Of a stretch of 64,000 bases of DNA, positions 1 to 13,900 are shown piece after piece. The notes beneath the pieces were generated by a model. The model was not told where the DNA came from. It saw nothing but the letters and a program-made list of their open reading frames with translations, and searched no databases. The position numbers were made by a program, and so were the translations under genes. Position 1 is the first letter of the stretch, and each line of letters begins with the position of its first letter. The stretch is from positions 1,736,001 through 1,800,000 of the forward strand of contig OZ024759.1 in NCBI GenBank assembly GCA_964016885.1. Direction: 5' to 3'. Source of the DNA: Eledone cirrhosa (lineage: Eukaryota).

Positions 1-119
1 GTAACATGACAAAGTCTATATTAGTAACATGACACAGTCTATATTAGTAACATGAGACAGTCTATATTAGTAACATGACAAAGTCTATATTAGTAACATG
101 ACACAGTCTATATTAGTAA

Positions 120-3100
120 CATGACACAGTCTATATTAGTAACATGACACAGTCTACATTAGTAACATGACAAAGTCTATATTAGTAACATGACACAGTC
201 TATATTAGTAACATGAGACAGTCTATATTAGTAACATGACAAAGTCTATATTAGTAACATGACACAGTCTATATTAGTAACATGACACAGTCTATATTAG
301 TAACATGACAAAGTCTATATTAGTAACATGACAAAGTCTATATTAGTAACATGACAAAGTCTATATTAGTAACATGACACAGTCTATATTAGTAACATGA
401 CACAGTCTATATTAGTAACATGACAAAGTCTATATTAGTAACATGACAAAGTCTATATTAGTAACATGACAAAGTCTATATTAGTAACATGACAAAGTCT
501 ATATTAGTAGCATGACACAGTCTATATTAGCAACATGACAAAGTCTATATTAGTAACATGACACAGTCTATATTAGTAGCATGACAAAGTCTGTATTAGT
601 AACATGACAAAGTCTATATTAGTAACATGACAAAGTCTATATTAGTAACATGACAAAGTCTATATTAGTAACATGACACAGTCTATATTAGTAACATGAC
701 AAAGTCTATATTAGTAGTATGACAAAGTCTATATTAGTAACATGACAAAGTCTATATTAGTAACATGACAAAGTCTATATTAGTAACATGACAAAGTCTA
801 TATTAGTAACATGACAAAGTCGATATTAGTAACATGACAAAGTCTATATTAGTAACATGACACAGTATATATTAGTAACATGACAGTCTATATTAGTAAC
901 ATGACAGTCTACATTAGTAACATGACACAGTCTATATTAGTAACATGACAAAGTCGATATTAGTAACATGACAATGTCTATATTAGTAACATGACATAGT
1001 CTATATTACTAACATGACACAGTCTATATTAGTAACATGACACAGTCTATATTAGTAACATGACAAAGTCTATATTAGTAACATGACAAAGTCTATATTA
1101 GTAACATGACAAAGTCTATATTAGTAACATGACACAGTCTATATTAGTAACATGACACAGTCTATATTAGTAGCATGACACAGTCTATATTAGTAACATG
1201 ATACAGTCTATATTAGTAACATGACAAAGTCTATATTAGTAACATGACAAAGTCTATATTAGTAAAATGACAAAGTCTATATTAGTAACATGACAAAGTC
1301 TTTATTAGTAAGATGACACAGTCTATATTAGTAACATGACACAGTCTATATTAGTAACATGACAAAGTCTATATTAGTAACATGACAAAGTCTATATTAG
1401 TAACATGACACAGTCTATATTAGTAACATCACACAGTCTATATTAGTAACATGACAAAGTCTATATTAGTAACATGACAAAGTCTATATTAGTAACATGA
1501 CACAGTCTATATTAGTAACATGACACAGTCTATATTAGTAACATGACACAGTCTATATTAGTAACATGAGACAGTCTATATTAGTAGCATGACAAAGTCT
1601 ATATTAGTAACATGACACAGTCTACATTAGTAACATGACAAAGTCTATATTAGTAACATGACACAGTCTATATTAGTAACATGACGAAGTCTATATTAGT
1701 AACATGACACAGTCTATATTAGTAACATGACACAGTCTATATTAGTAACATGAAAAAGTCTATATTAGTAACATGACAAAGTCTATATTAGTAACATGAC
1801 AAAGTCTATATTAGTAACATGACAAAGTCTATATTAGTAGCATGACAAGTCTATATTAGCAACATGACAAAGTCTATATTAGTAACATGACACAGTCTAT
1901 ATTAGTAACATGACACAGTCTATATTAGTAACATGACACAGTCTATATTAGTAACATGACAAAGTCTACATTAGTAACATGACGAAGTCTATATTAGTAA
2001 CATGACAAGGTCTGTATTAGTAACATGACACAGTCTATATTAGTAGCATGACACAGTCTATATTAGTAACATGATACAGTCTATATTAGTAACATGACAA
2101 AGTCTATATTAGTAACATGACAAAGTCTATATTAGTAAAATGACAAAGTCTATATTAGTAACATGACACAGTCTTTATTAGTAACATGACACAGTCTATA
2201 TTAGTAACATGACACAGTCTATATTAGTAACATGACAAAGTCTATATTAGTAGCATGACAAAGTCTATATTAGTAACATGACAAAGTCTATATTAGTAAC
2301 ATGACAAAGTCTATATTAGTAACATGACAACGTCTATATTAGTAACATGACAAAGTCTATATTAGTAACATGACAAAGTCTATATTAGTAACATGACACA
2401 GTCTATATTAGTAACATGACAGTCTATATTATTAACATGACAGTCTACATTAGTAACATGACACAGTCTATATTAGTAACATGACAAAGTCGATATTAGT
2501 AACATGACAATGTCTATATTAGTAACATGACAAAGTCTATATTAGTAATATGACAAAGTCTATATTAGTAAAATGACAAAGTCTATATTAGTAACATGAC
2601 AAAGTCTTTATTAGTAACATGACACAGTCTATATTAGTAACATGACACAGTCTATATTAGTAACATGACAAAGTCTATATTAGTAACATGACAAAGTCTA
2701 TATTAGTAACATGACACAGTCTATATTAGTAACATGACACAGTCTATATTAGTAACATGACAAAGTCTATATTAGTAACATGACAAAGTCCATATTAGTA
2801 ACATGACACAGTCTATATTAGTAACATGACACAGTCTATATTAGTAACATGAGACAGTCTATATTAGTAGCATGACAAAGTCTATATTAGTAACATGACA
2901 CAGTCTACATTAGTAACATGACAAAGTCTATATTAGTAACATGACACAGTCTATATTAGTAACATGAGACAGTCTATATTAGTAACATGACAAAGTCTAT
3001 ATTAGTAACATGACACAGTCTATATTAGTAACATGACACAGTCTATATTAGTAACATGACAAAGTCTATATTAGTAACATGACAAAGTCTATATTAGTAA

Positions 3101-4900
3101 CATGACAAAGTCTATATTAGTAACATGACACAGTCTATATTAGTAACATGACACAGTCTATATTAGTAACATGACAAAGTCTATATTAGTAACATGACAA
3201 AGTCTATATTAGTAACATGACAAAGTCTATATTAGTAACATGACAAAGTCTATATTAGTAGCATGACACAGTCTATATTAGCAACATGACAAAGTCTATA
3301 TTAGTAACATGACACAGTCTATATTAGTAGCATGACAAAGTCTGTATTAGTAACATGACAAAGTCTATATTAGTAACATGACAAAGTCTATATTAGTAAC
3401 ATGACAAAGTCTATATTAGTAACATGAAACAGTCTATATTAGTAACATGACAAAGTCTATATTAGTAGTATGACAAAGTCTATATTAGTAACATGACAAA
3501 GTCTATATTAGTAACATGACAAAGTCTATATTAGTAACATGACAAAGTCTATATTAGTAACATGACAAAGTCGATATTAGTAACATGACAAAGTCTATAT
3601 TAGTAACATGACACAGTATATATTAGTAACATGACAGTCTATATTAGTAACATGACAGTCTACATTAGTAACATGACACAGTCTATATTAGTAACATGAC
3701 AAAGTCGATATTAGTAACATGACAATGTCTATATTAGTAACATGACAAAGTCTATATTAGTAACATGACACAGTCTATATTACTAACATGACACAGTCTA
3801 TATTAGTAACATGACACAGTCTATATTAGTAACATGACAAAGTCTATATTAGTAACATGACAAAGTCTATATTAGTAACATGACAAAGTCTATATTAGTA
3901 ACATGACACAGTCTATATTAGTAACATGACACAGTCTATATTAGTAGCATGACACAGTCTATATTAGTAACATGATACAGTCTATATTAGTAACATGACA
4001 AAGTCTATATTAGTAACATGACAAAGTCTATATTAGTAAAATGACAAAGTCTATATTAGTAACATGACAAAGTCTTTATTAGTAAGATGACACAGTCTAT
4101 ATTAGTAACATGACACAGTCTATATTAGTAACATGACAAAGTCTATATTAGTAACATGACAAAGTCTATATTAGTAACATGACACAGTCTATATTAGTAA
4201 CATCACACAGTCTATATTAGTAACATGACAAAGTCTATATTAGTAACATGACAAAGTCTATATTAGTAACATGACACAGTCTATATTAGTAACATGACAC
4301 AGTCTATATTAGTAACATGAGACAGTCTATATTAGTAGCATGACAAAGTCTATATTAGTAACATGACACAGTCTACATTAGTAACATGACAAAGTCTATA
4401 TTAGTAACATGACACAGTCTATATTAGTAACATGACGAAGTCTATATTAGTAACATGACACAGTCTATATTAGTAACATGACACAGTCTATATTAGTAAC
4501 ATGAAAAAGTCTATATTAGTAACATGACAAAGTCTATATTAGTAACATGACAAAGTCTATATTAGTAGCATGACAAGTCTATATTAGCAACATGACAAAG
4601 TCTATATTAGTAACATGACACAGTCTATATTAGTAACATGACACAGTCTATATTAGTAACATGACAAAGTCTACATTAGTAACATGACAAAGTCTATATT
4701 AGTAACATGACAAGGTCTGTATTAGTAACATGACACAGTCTATATTAGTAGCATGACACAGTCTATATTAGTAACATGATACAGTCTATATTAGTAACAT
4801 GACAAAGTCTATATTAGTAACATGACAAAGTCTATATTAGTAAAATGACAAAGTCTATATTAGTAACATGACAAAGTCTTTATTAGTAACATGACACAGT
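120..4900. repeat. Higher-order repeat of about 2.75 kb, two imperfect copies differing by whole-monomer indels
   Basis: Rare markers pair up: GTAGTATG at 714/3465 (offset 2751), GTAAGATG with G at 1312/4086 (2774), and the 22-bp monomer at 1837/4565 (2728). The offsets differ by exactly 23. Boundaries are approximate. Confidence 0.8.
875..985. repeat. First example of a recurrent 5-monomer variant cassette: 21-mer, 21-mer with TAC, C-type, GTCGA variant, CAATG variant
   Basis: The sequence gtaacatgacagtctatatta-gtaacatgacagtctacatta-gtaacatgacacagtctatatta-gtaacatgacaaagtcgatatta-gtaacatgacaatgtctatatta recurs whole or in part throughout, e.g. at 3626, 5300, 17288, 30357, 42284 and 62892. 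Confidence 0.93.
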
Positions 4901-7900
4901 CTATATTAGTAACATGACACATTCTATATTAGTAACATGACAAAGTCTATATTAGTAACATGACAAAGTCTATATTAGTAACATGACAAAGTCTATATTA
5001 GTAGCATGACAAAGTCTGTATTTGTAACATGACAAAGTCTATATTAGTAACATGACAAAGTCTGTATTAGTAACATGACAAAGTCTATATTAGTAACATG
5101 ACACAGTCTATATTAGTAACATGACAAAGTCTATATTAGTAGCATGACACAGTCTATATTAGTAACATGACAAAGTCTATATTAGTAACATGACAAAGTC
5201 TATATTAGTAACATGACAAAGTCTATATTAGTAACATGACAAAGTCTATATTAGTAACATGACAAAGTCTATATTAGTAACATGACACAGTCTATATTAG
5301 TAACATGACAGTCTATATTAGTAACATGACAGTCTACATTAGTAACATGACACAGTCTATATTAGTAACATGACAAAGTCGATATTAGTAACATGACAAT
5401 GTCTATATTAGTAACATGACAAAGTCTATATTAGTAACATGACACAGTCTATATTACTAACATGACAAAGTCTATATTAGTAACATGACACAGTCTATAT
5501 TAGTAACATGACAAAGTCTATATTAGTAACATGACAAAGTCTATATTAGTAACATGACAAAGTCTATATTAGTAACATGACACAGTCTATATTAGTAACA
5601 TGACACAGTCTATATTAGTAGCATGACACAGTCCATATTAGTAACATGACAAAGTCTATATTAGTAAAATGACAAAGTCTATATTAGTAACATGACAAGG
5701 TCTTTATTAGTAACATGACACAGTCTATATTAGTAACATGACACAGTCTATATTAGTAACATGACAAAGTCTATATTAGTAACATGACAAAGTCTATATT
5801 AGTAACATGACAAAGTCTATATTAGTAACATGACAAAGTCTATATTAGTAACATGACACAGTCTATATTAGTAACATGACACAGTCTAGATTAGTAACAT
5901 GACACAGTCTATATTAGTAACATGAGACAGTCTATATTAGTAGCATGACAAAGTCTATATTAGTAACATGACACAGTCTACATTAGTAACATGACAAAGT
6001 CTATATTAGTAACATGACACAGTCTATATTAGTAACATGAGACAGTCTATATTAGTAACATGACAAAGTCTATATTAGTAACATGACACAGTCTATATTA
6101 GTAACATGACAAAGTCTATATTAGTAACATGACAAAGTCTATATTAGTAACATGACAAAGTCTATATTAGTAACATGACAAAGTCTATATTAGTAGCATG
6201 ACACAGTCTATATTAGCAACATGACAAAGTCTATATTAGTAACATGACACAGTCTATATTAGTAACATGACACAGTCTATATTAGTAACATGACACAGTC
6301 TATATTATTAACATGACAAAGTCTATATTAGTAACATGACACAGTCTATATTAGTAACATGAGACAGTCTATATTAGTAACATGACTAAGTCTATATTAG
6401 TAACATGACACAGTCTATATTAGTAACATGACACAGTCTATATTAGTAACATGACAAAGTCTATATTAGTTACATGACAAAGTCTATATTAGTAACATGA
6501 CAAATTCTATATTAGTAACATGACACAGTCTATATTAGTAACATGACGAAGTCTATATTAGTAACATGACACAGTCTATATTAGTAACATGACACAGTCT
6601 ATATTAGTAACATGAAAAAGTCTATATTAGTAACATGACAAAGTCTATATTAGTAACATGACAAAGTCTATATTAGTAACATGACAAAGTCTACATTAGT
6701 AACATGACTAAGTCTATATTAGTAACATGACAAGGTCTATATTAGTAACATGACACAGTCTATATTAGTAGCATGACACAGTCTATATTAGTAACATGAT
6801 ACAGTCTATATTAGTACCATGACAAAGTCTATATTAGTAACATGACACAGTCTATATTAGTAACATGACAGTCTATATTAGTAGCATGACAGTCTACATT
6901 AGTAACATGACACAGTCTATATTAGTAACATGACAAAGTCGATATTAGTAACATGACAATGTCTATATTAGTAACATGACAAAGTCTATATTAGTAACAT
7001 GACACAGTCTATATTACTAACATGACGAAGTCTATATTAGTAACATGACACAGTCTATATTAGTAACATGACACAGTCTATATTAGTAACATGACAAAGT
7101 CTATATTAGTAACATGACACAGTCTATATTAGTAACATGACACAGTCTATATTAGTAGCATGACACAGTCTATATTAGTAACATGATACAGTCTATATTA
7201 GTAACATGACAAAGTCTATATTAGTAATATGACAAAGTCTATATTAGTAAAATGACAAAGTCTATATTAGTAACATGACAAAGTCTTTATTAGTAACATG
7301 ACACAGTCTATATTAGTAACATGACACAGTCTATATTAGTAACATGACACAGTCTATATTAGTAACATGACACAGTCTATATTAGTAACATGACAAAGTC
7401 TATATTAGTAACATGACAAAGTCTATATTAGTAACATGACACAGTCTATATTAGTAACATGACACAGTCTATATTAGTAACATGAGACAGTCTATATTAG
7501 TAGCATGACAAAGTCTATATTAGTAACATGACACAGTCTATATTAGTAACATGACACAGTCTATATTAGTAACATGACAAAGTCTATATTAGTAACATGA
7601 CACAGTCTATATTAGTAACATGACGAAGTCTATATTAGTAACATGACACAGTCTATATTAGTAACATGACACAGTCTATATTAGTAACATGAAAAAGTCT
7701 ATATTAGTAACATGACAAAGTCTATATTAGTAACATGACAAAGTCTATATTAGTAACATGACAAAGTCTATATTAGTAACATGACACAGTCTATATTAGT
7801 AACATAACAAAGTCTATATTAGTAGCATGACAAAGTCTATATTAGTAACAAGACAAAGTCTATATTAGTAACATGACAAAGTCTATATTAGTAACATGAC

Positions 7901-10900
7901 AAAGTCTATATTAGTAACATGACAAAGTCGATATTAGTAACATGACAAAGTCTATATTAGTAACATGACACAGTATATATTAGTAACATGACAGTCTATA
8001 TTAGTAACATGACAGTCTACATTAGTAACATGACACAGTCTATATTAGTAACATGACAAAGTCGATATTAGTAACATGACAATGTCTATATTAGTAACAT
8101 GACACAGTCTATATTAGTAACATGACACAGTCTATATTACTAACATGACACAGTCTATATTAGTAACATGACACAGTCTATATTAGTAACATGACAAAGT
8201 CTATATTAGTAACATGACAAAGTCTATATTAGTAACATGACAAAGTCTATATTAGTAACATGACAAAGACTATATTAGTAACATGACACAGTCTATATTA
8301 GTAACATGACACAGTCTATATTAGTAGCATGACACAGTCTATATTAGTAACATGACACAGTCTATATTAGTAACATGAAAAAGTCTATATTAGTAACATG
8401 ACAAAGTCTATATTAGTAACATGACACAGTCTATATTAGTAACATGACAGTCTATATTAGTAACATGACAGTCTACATTAGTAACATGACACAGTCTATA
8501 TTAGTAACATGACAAAGTCGATATTAGTAACATGACAATGTCTATATTAGTAACATGACAAAGTCTATATTAGTAACATGACACAGTCTATATAACTAAC
8601 ATGACACAGTCTATATTAGTAACATGACACAGTCTATATTAGTAACATGACAAAGTCTATATTAGTAACATGACAAAGTCTATATTAGTAACATGACAAA
8701 GTCTATATTAGTAACATGACACAGTCTATATTAGTAACATGACACAGTCTATATTAGTAGCATGACACAGTCCATATTAGTAACATGATACAGTCTATAT
8801 TAGTAACATGACAAAGTCTATATTAGTAAAATGACAAAGTCTATATTAGTAACATGACAAAGTCTTTATTAGTAACATGACACAGTCTATATTAGTAACA
8901 TGACACAGTCTATATTAGTAACATGACAAAGTCTATATTAGTAACATGACAAAGTCTATATTAGTAACATGACACAGTCTATATTAGTAACATGACACAG
9001 TCTATATTAGTAACATGACAAAGTCTATATTAGTAACATGACAAAGTCTATATTAGTAACATGACACAGTCTATATTAGTAACATGACACAGTCTATATT
9101 AGTAACATGACACAGTCTATATTAGTAACATTAGACAGTCTATATTAGTAGCATGACAAAGTCTATATTAGTAACATGACACAGTCTACATTAGTAACAT
9201 GACAAAGTCTATATTAGTAACATGACACAGTCTATATTAGTAACATGAGACAGTCTATATTAGTAACATGACAAAGTCTATATTAGTAACATGACAAAGT
9301 CTATATTAGTAACATGACAAAGTCTATATTAGTAAAATGACAAAGTCTATATTAGTAACATGACAAAGTCTTTATTAGTAACATGACACAGTCTATATTA
9401 GTAACATGACACAGTCTATATTAGTAACATGACAAAGTCTGTATTAGTAACATGACACAGTCTATATTAGTAACATGACACAGTCTATATTAGTAACATG
9501 ACAAAGTCTATATTAGTAACATGACAAAGTCTATATTAGAAACATGACAAAGTCTATATTAGTAACATGAGAAAGTCTATATTAGTAGCATGACAAAGTC
9601 TGTATTAGTAACATGACAAAGTCTATATTAGTAACATGACAAAGTCTATATTAGTAACATGACAAAGTTTATATTAGTAACATGACACAGTCTATATTAG
9701 TAACATGACAAAGTCTATATTAGTAGCATGACAAAGTCTATATTAGTAACATGACAAAGTCTATATTAGTAACATGACAAAGTCTATATTAGTAACATGA
9801 CAACGTCTATATTAGTAACATGACAAAGTCTATATTAGTAACATGACAAAGTCTATATTAGTAACATGACACAGTCTATATTAGTAACATGACAGTCTAT
9901 ATTATTAACATGACAGTCTACATTAGTAACATGACACAGTCTATATTAGTAACATGACAAAGTCGATATTAGTAACATGACAATGTCTATATTAGTAACA
10001 TGACAAAGTCTATATTAGTAATATGACAAAGTCCATATTAGTAAAATGACAAAGTCTATATTAGTAACATGACAAAGTCTTTATTAGTAACATGACACAG
10101 TCAATATTAGTAACATGACACAGTCTATATTAGTAACATGACAAAGTCTATATTAGTAACATGACAAAGTCTATATTAGTAACATGACACAGTCTATATT
10201 AGTAACATGACACAGTCTATATTAGTAACATGACAAAGTCTATATTAGTAACATGACAAAGTCTATATTAGTAACATGACACAGTCTATATTAGTAACAT
10301 GACACAGTCTATATTAGTAACATGAGACAGTCTATATTAGTAGCATGACAAAGTCTATATTAGTAACATGACACAGTCTACATTAGTAACATGACAAAGT
10401 CTATATTAGTAACATGACACAGTCTATATTAGTAACATGAGACAGTCTATATTAGTAACATGACAAAGTCTATATTAGTAACATGACACAGTCTATATTA
10501 GTAACATGACACAGTCTATATTAGTAACATGACAAAGTCTATATTAGTAACATGACAAAGTCTATATTAGTAACATGACAAAGTCTATATTAGTAACATG
10601 ACACAGTCTATATTAGTAACATGACACAGTCTATATTAGTAACATGACAAAGTCTATATTAGTAACATGACAAAGTCTATATTAGTAACATGACAAAGTC
10701 TATATTAGTAACATGACAAAGTCTATATTAGTAGCATGACACAGTCTATATTAGCAACATGACAAAGTCTATATTAGTAACATGACACAGTCTATATTAG
10801 TAGCATGACAAAGTCTGTATTAGTAACATGACAAAGTCTATATTAGTAACATGACAAAGTCTATATTAGTAACATGACAAAGTCTATATTAGTAACATGA

Positions 10901-13900
10901 CACAGTCTATATTAGTAACATGACAAAGTCTATATTAGTAGTATGACAAAGTCTATATTAGTAACATGACAAAGTCTATATTAGTAACATGACAAAGTCT
11001 ATATTAGTAACATGACAAAGTCTATATTAGTAACATGACAAAGTCGATATTAGTAACATGACAAAGTCTATATTAGTAACATGACACAGTATATATTAGT
11101 AACATGACAGTCTATATTAGTAACATGACAGTCTACATTAGTAACATGACACAGTCTATATTAGTAACATGACAAAGTCGATATTAGTAACATGACAATG
11201 TCTATATTAGTAACATGACACAGTCTATATTACTAACATGACACAGTCTATATTAGTAACATGACACAGTCTATATTAGTAACATGACAAAGTCTATATT
11301 AGTAACATGACAAAGTCTATATTAGTAACATGACAAAGTCTATATTAGTAACATGACACAGTCTATATTAGTAACATCACACAGTCTATATTAGTAGCAT
11401 GACACAGTCTATATTAGTAACATGATACAGTCTATATTAGTAACATGACAGAGTCTATATTAGTAACATGACAAAGTCTATATTAGTAAAATGACAAAGT
11501 CTATATTAGTAACATGACAAAGTCTTTATTAGTAAGATGACACAGTCTATATTAGTAACATGACACAGTCTATATTAGTAACATGACAAAGTCTATATTA
11601 GTAACATGACAAAGTCTATATTAGTAACATGACACAGTCTATATTAGTAACATCACACAGTCTATATTAGTAACATGACAAAGTCTATATTAGTAACATG
11701 ACAAAGTCTATATTAGTAACATGACACAGTCTATATTAGTAACATGGCACAGTCTATATTAGTAAGATGACACAGTCTATATTAGTAACATGACACAGTC
11801 TATATTAGTAACATGACAAAGTCTATATTAGTAACATGACACAGTCCATATTAGTAACATGACAAAGTCTATATTAGTAAAATGACAAAGTCTATATTAG
11901 TAACATGACAAAGTCTTTATTAGTAACATGACACAGTCTATATTAGTAACATGACAAAGTCTATATTAGTAACATGACAAAGTCTATATTAGTAACATGA
12001 CAAAGTCTATATTAGTAACATGACAAAGTCTATATTAGTAACATGACACAGTCTATATTAGTAACATGACACAGTCTAGATTAGTAACATGACACAGTCT
12101 ATATTAGTAACATGAGACAGTCTATATTAGTAGCATGACAAAGTCTATATTAGTAACATGACAAAGTTTATATTAGTAACATGACACAGTCTATATTAGT
12201 AACATGACAAAGTCTATATTAGTAGCATGACAAAGTCTATATTAGTAACATGACAAAGTCTATATTAGTAACATGACAACGTCTATATTAGTAACATGAC
12301 AAAGTCTATATTAGTAACATGACAAAGTCTATATTAGTAACATGACAGTCTATATTATTAACATGACAGTCTACATTAGTAACATGACACAGTCTATATT
12401 AGTAACATGACAAAGTCGATATTAGTAACATGACACAGTCCATATTAGTAACATGACAAAGTCTATATTAGTAAAATGACAAAGTCTATATTAGTAACAT
12501 GACAAAGTCTTTATTAGTAACATGACACAGTCTATATTAGTAACATGACAAAGTCTATATTAGTAACATGACAAAGTCTATATTAGTAACATGACAAAGT
12601 CTATATTAGTAACATGACAAAGTCTATATTAGTAACATGACACAGTCTATATTAGTAACATGACACAGTCTAGATTAGTAACATGACACAGTCTATATTA
12701 GTAACATGAGACAGTCTATATTAGTAGCATGACAAAGTCTATATTAGTAACATGACACAGTCTACATTAGTAACATGACAAAGTCTATATTAGTAACATG
12801 ACACAGTCTATATTAGTAACATGAGACAGTCTATATTAGTAACATGACAAAGTCTTTATTAGTAACATGACACAGTCTATATTAGTAACATGACACAGTC
12901 TATATTAGTAACATGACAAAGTCTATATTAGTAACATGACAAAGTCTATATTAGTAACATGACAAAGTCTATATTAGTAGCATGACAAAGTCTGTATTTG
13001 TAACATGACAAAGTCTATATTAGTAACATGACAAAGTCTGTATTAGTAACATGACAAAGTCTATATTAGTAACATGTCACAGTCTATATTAGTAACATGA
13101 CAAAGTCTATATTAGTAACATGACAAAGTCTATATTAGTAACATGACAAAGTCTATATTAGTAACATGACAAAGTCTATATTAGTAACATGACACAGTCT
13201 ATATTAGTAACATGACAGTCTATATTAGTAACATGACAGTCTACATTAGTAACATGACACAGTCTATATTAGTAACATGACAAGGTCTGTATTAGTAACA
13301 TGACACAGTCTATATTAGTAGCATGACACAGTCTATATTAGTAACATGATACAGTCTATATTAGTAACATGACAAAGTCTATATTAGTAACATGACAAAG
13401 TCTATATTAGTAAAATGACAAAGTCTATATTAGTAACATGACAAAGTCTTTATTAGTAACATGACACAGTCTATATTAGTAACATGACACAGTCTATATT
13501 AGTAACATGACAAAGTCTATATTAGTAACATGACAAAGTCTATATTAGTAACATGACAAAGTCTATATTAGTAGTATGACAAAGTCTGTATTTGTAACAT
13601 GACAAAGTCTATATTAGTAACATGACAAAGTCTGTATTAGTAACATGACAAAGTCTATATTAGTAACATGACACAGTCTATATTAGTAACATGACAAAGT
13701 CTATATTAGTAGCATGACAAAGTCTATATTAGTAACATGACAAAGTCTATATTAGTAACATGACAAAGTCTATATTAGTAAAATGACAAAGTCTATATTA
13801 GTAACATGACAAAGTCTTTATTTGTAACATGACACAGTCTATATTAGTAACATGACACAGTCTATATTAGTAACATGACAAAGTCTGTATTAGTAACATG

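Noticed and set aside
16-23. TATA-box or -10-like CTATATTA in each monomer
   Set aside because: Such matches are expected in AT-rich repeats, and there is no downstream gene or other promoter context.
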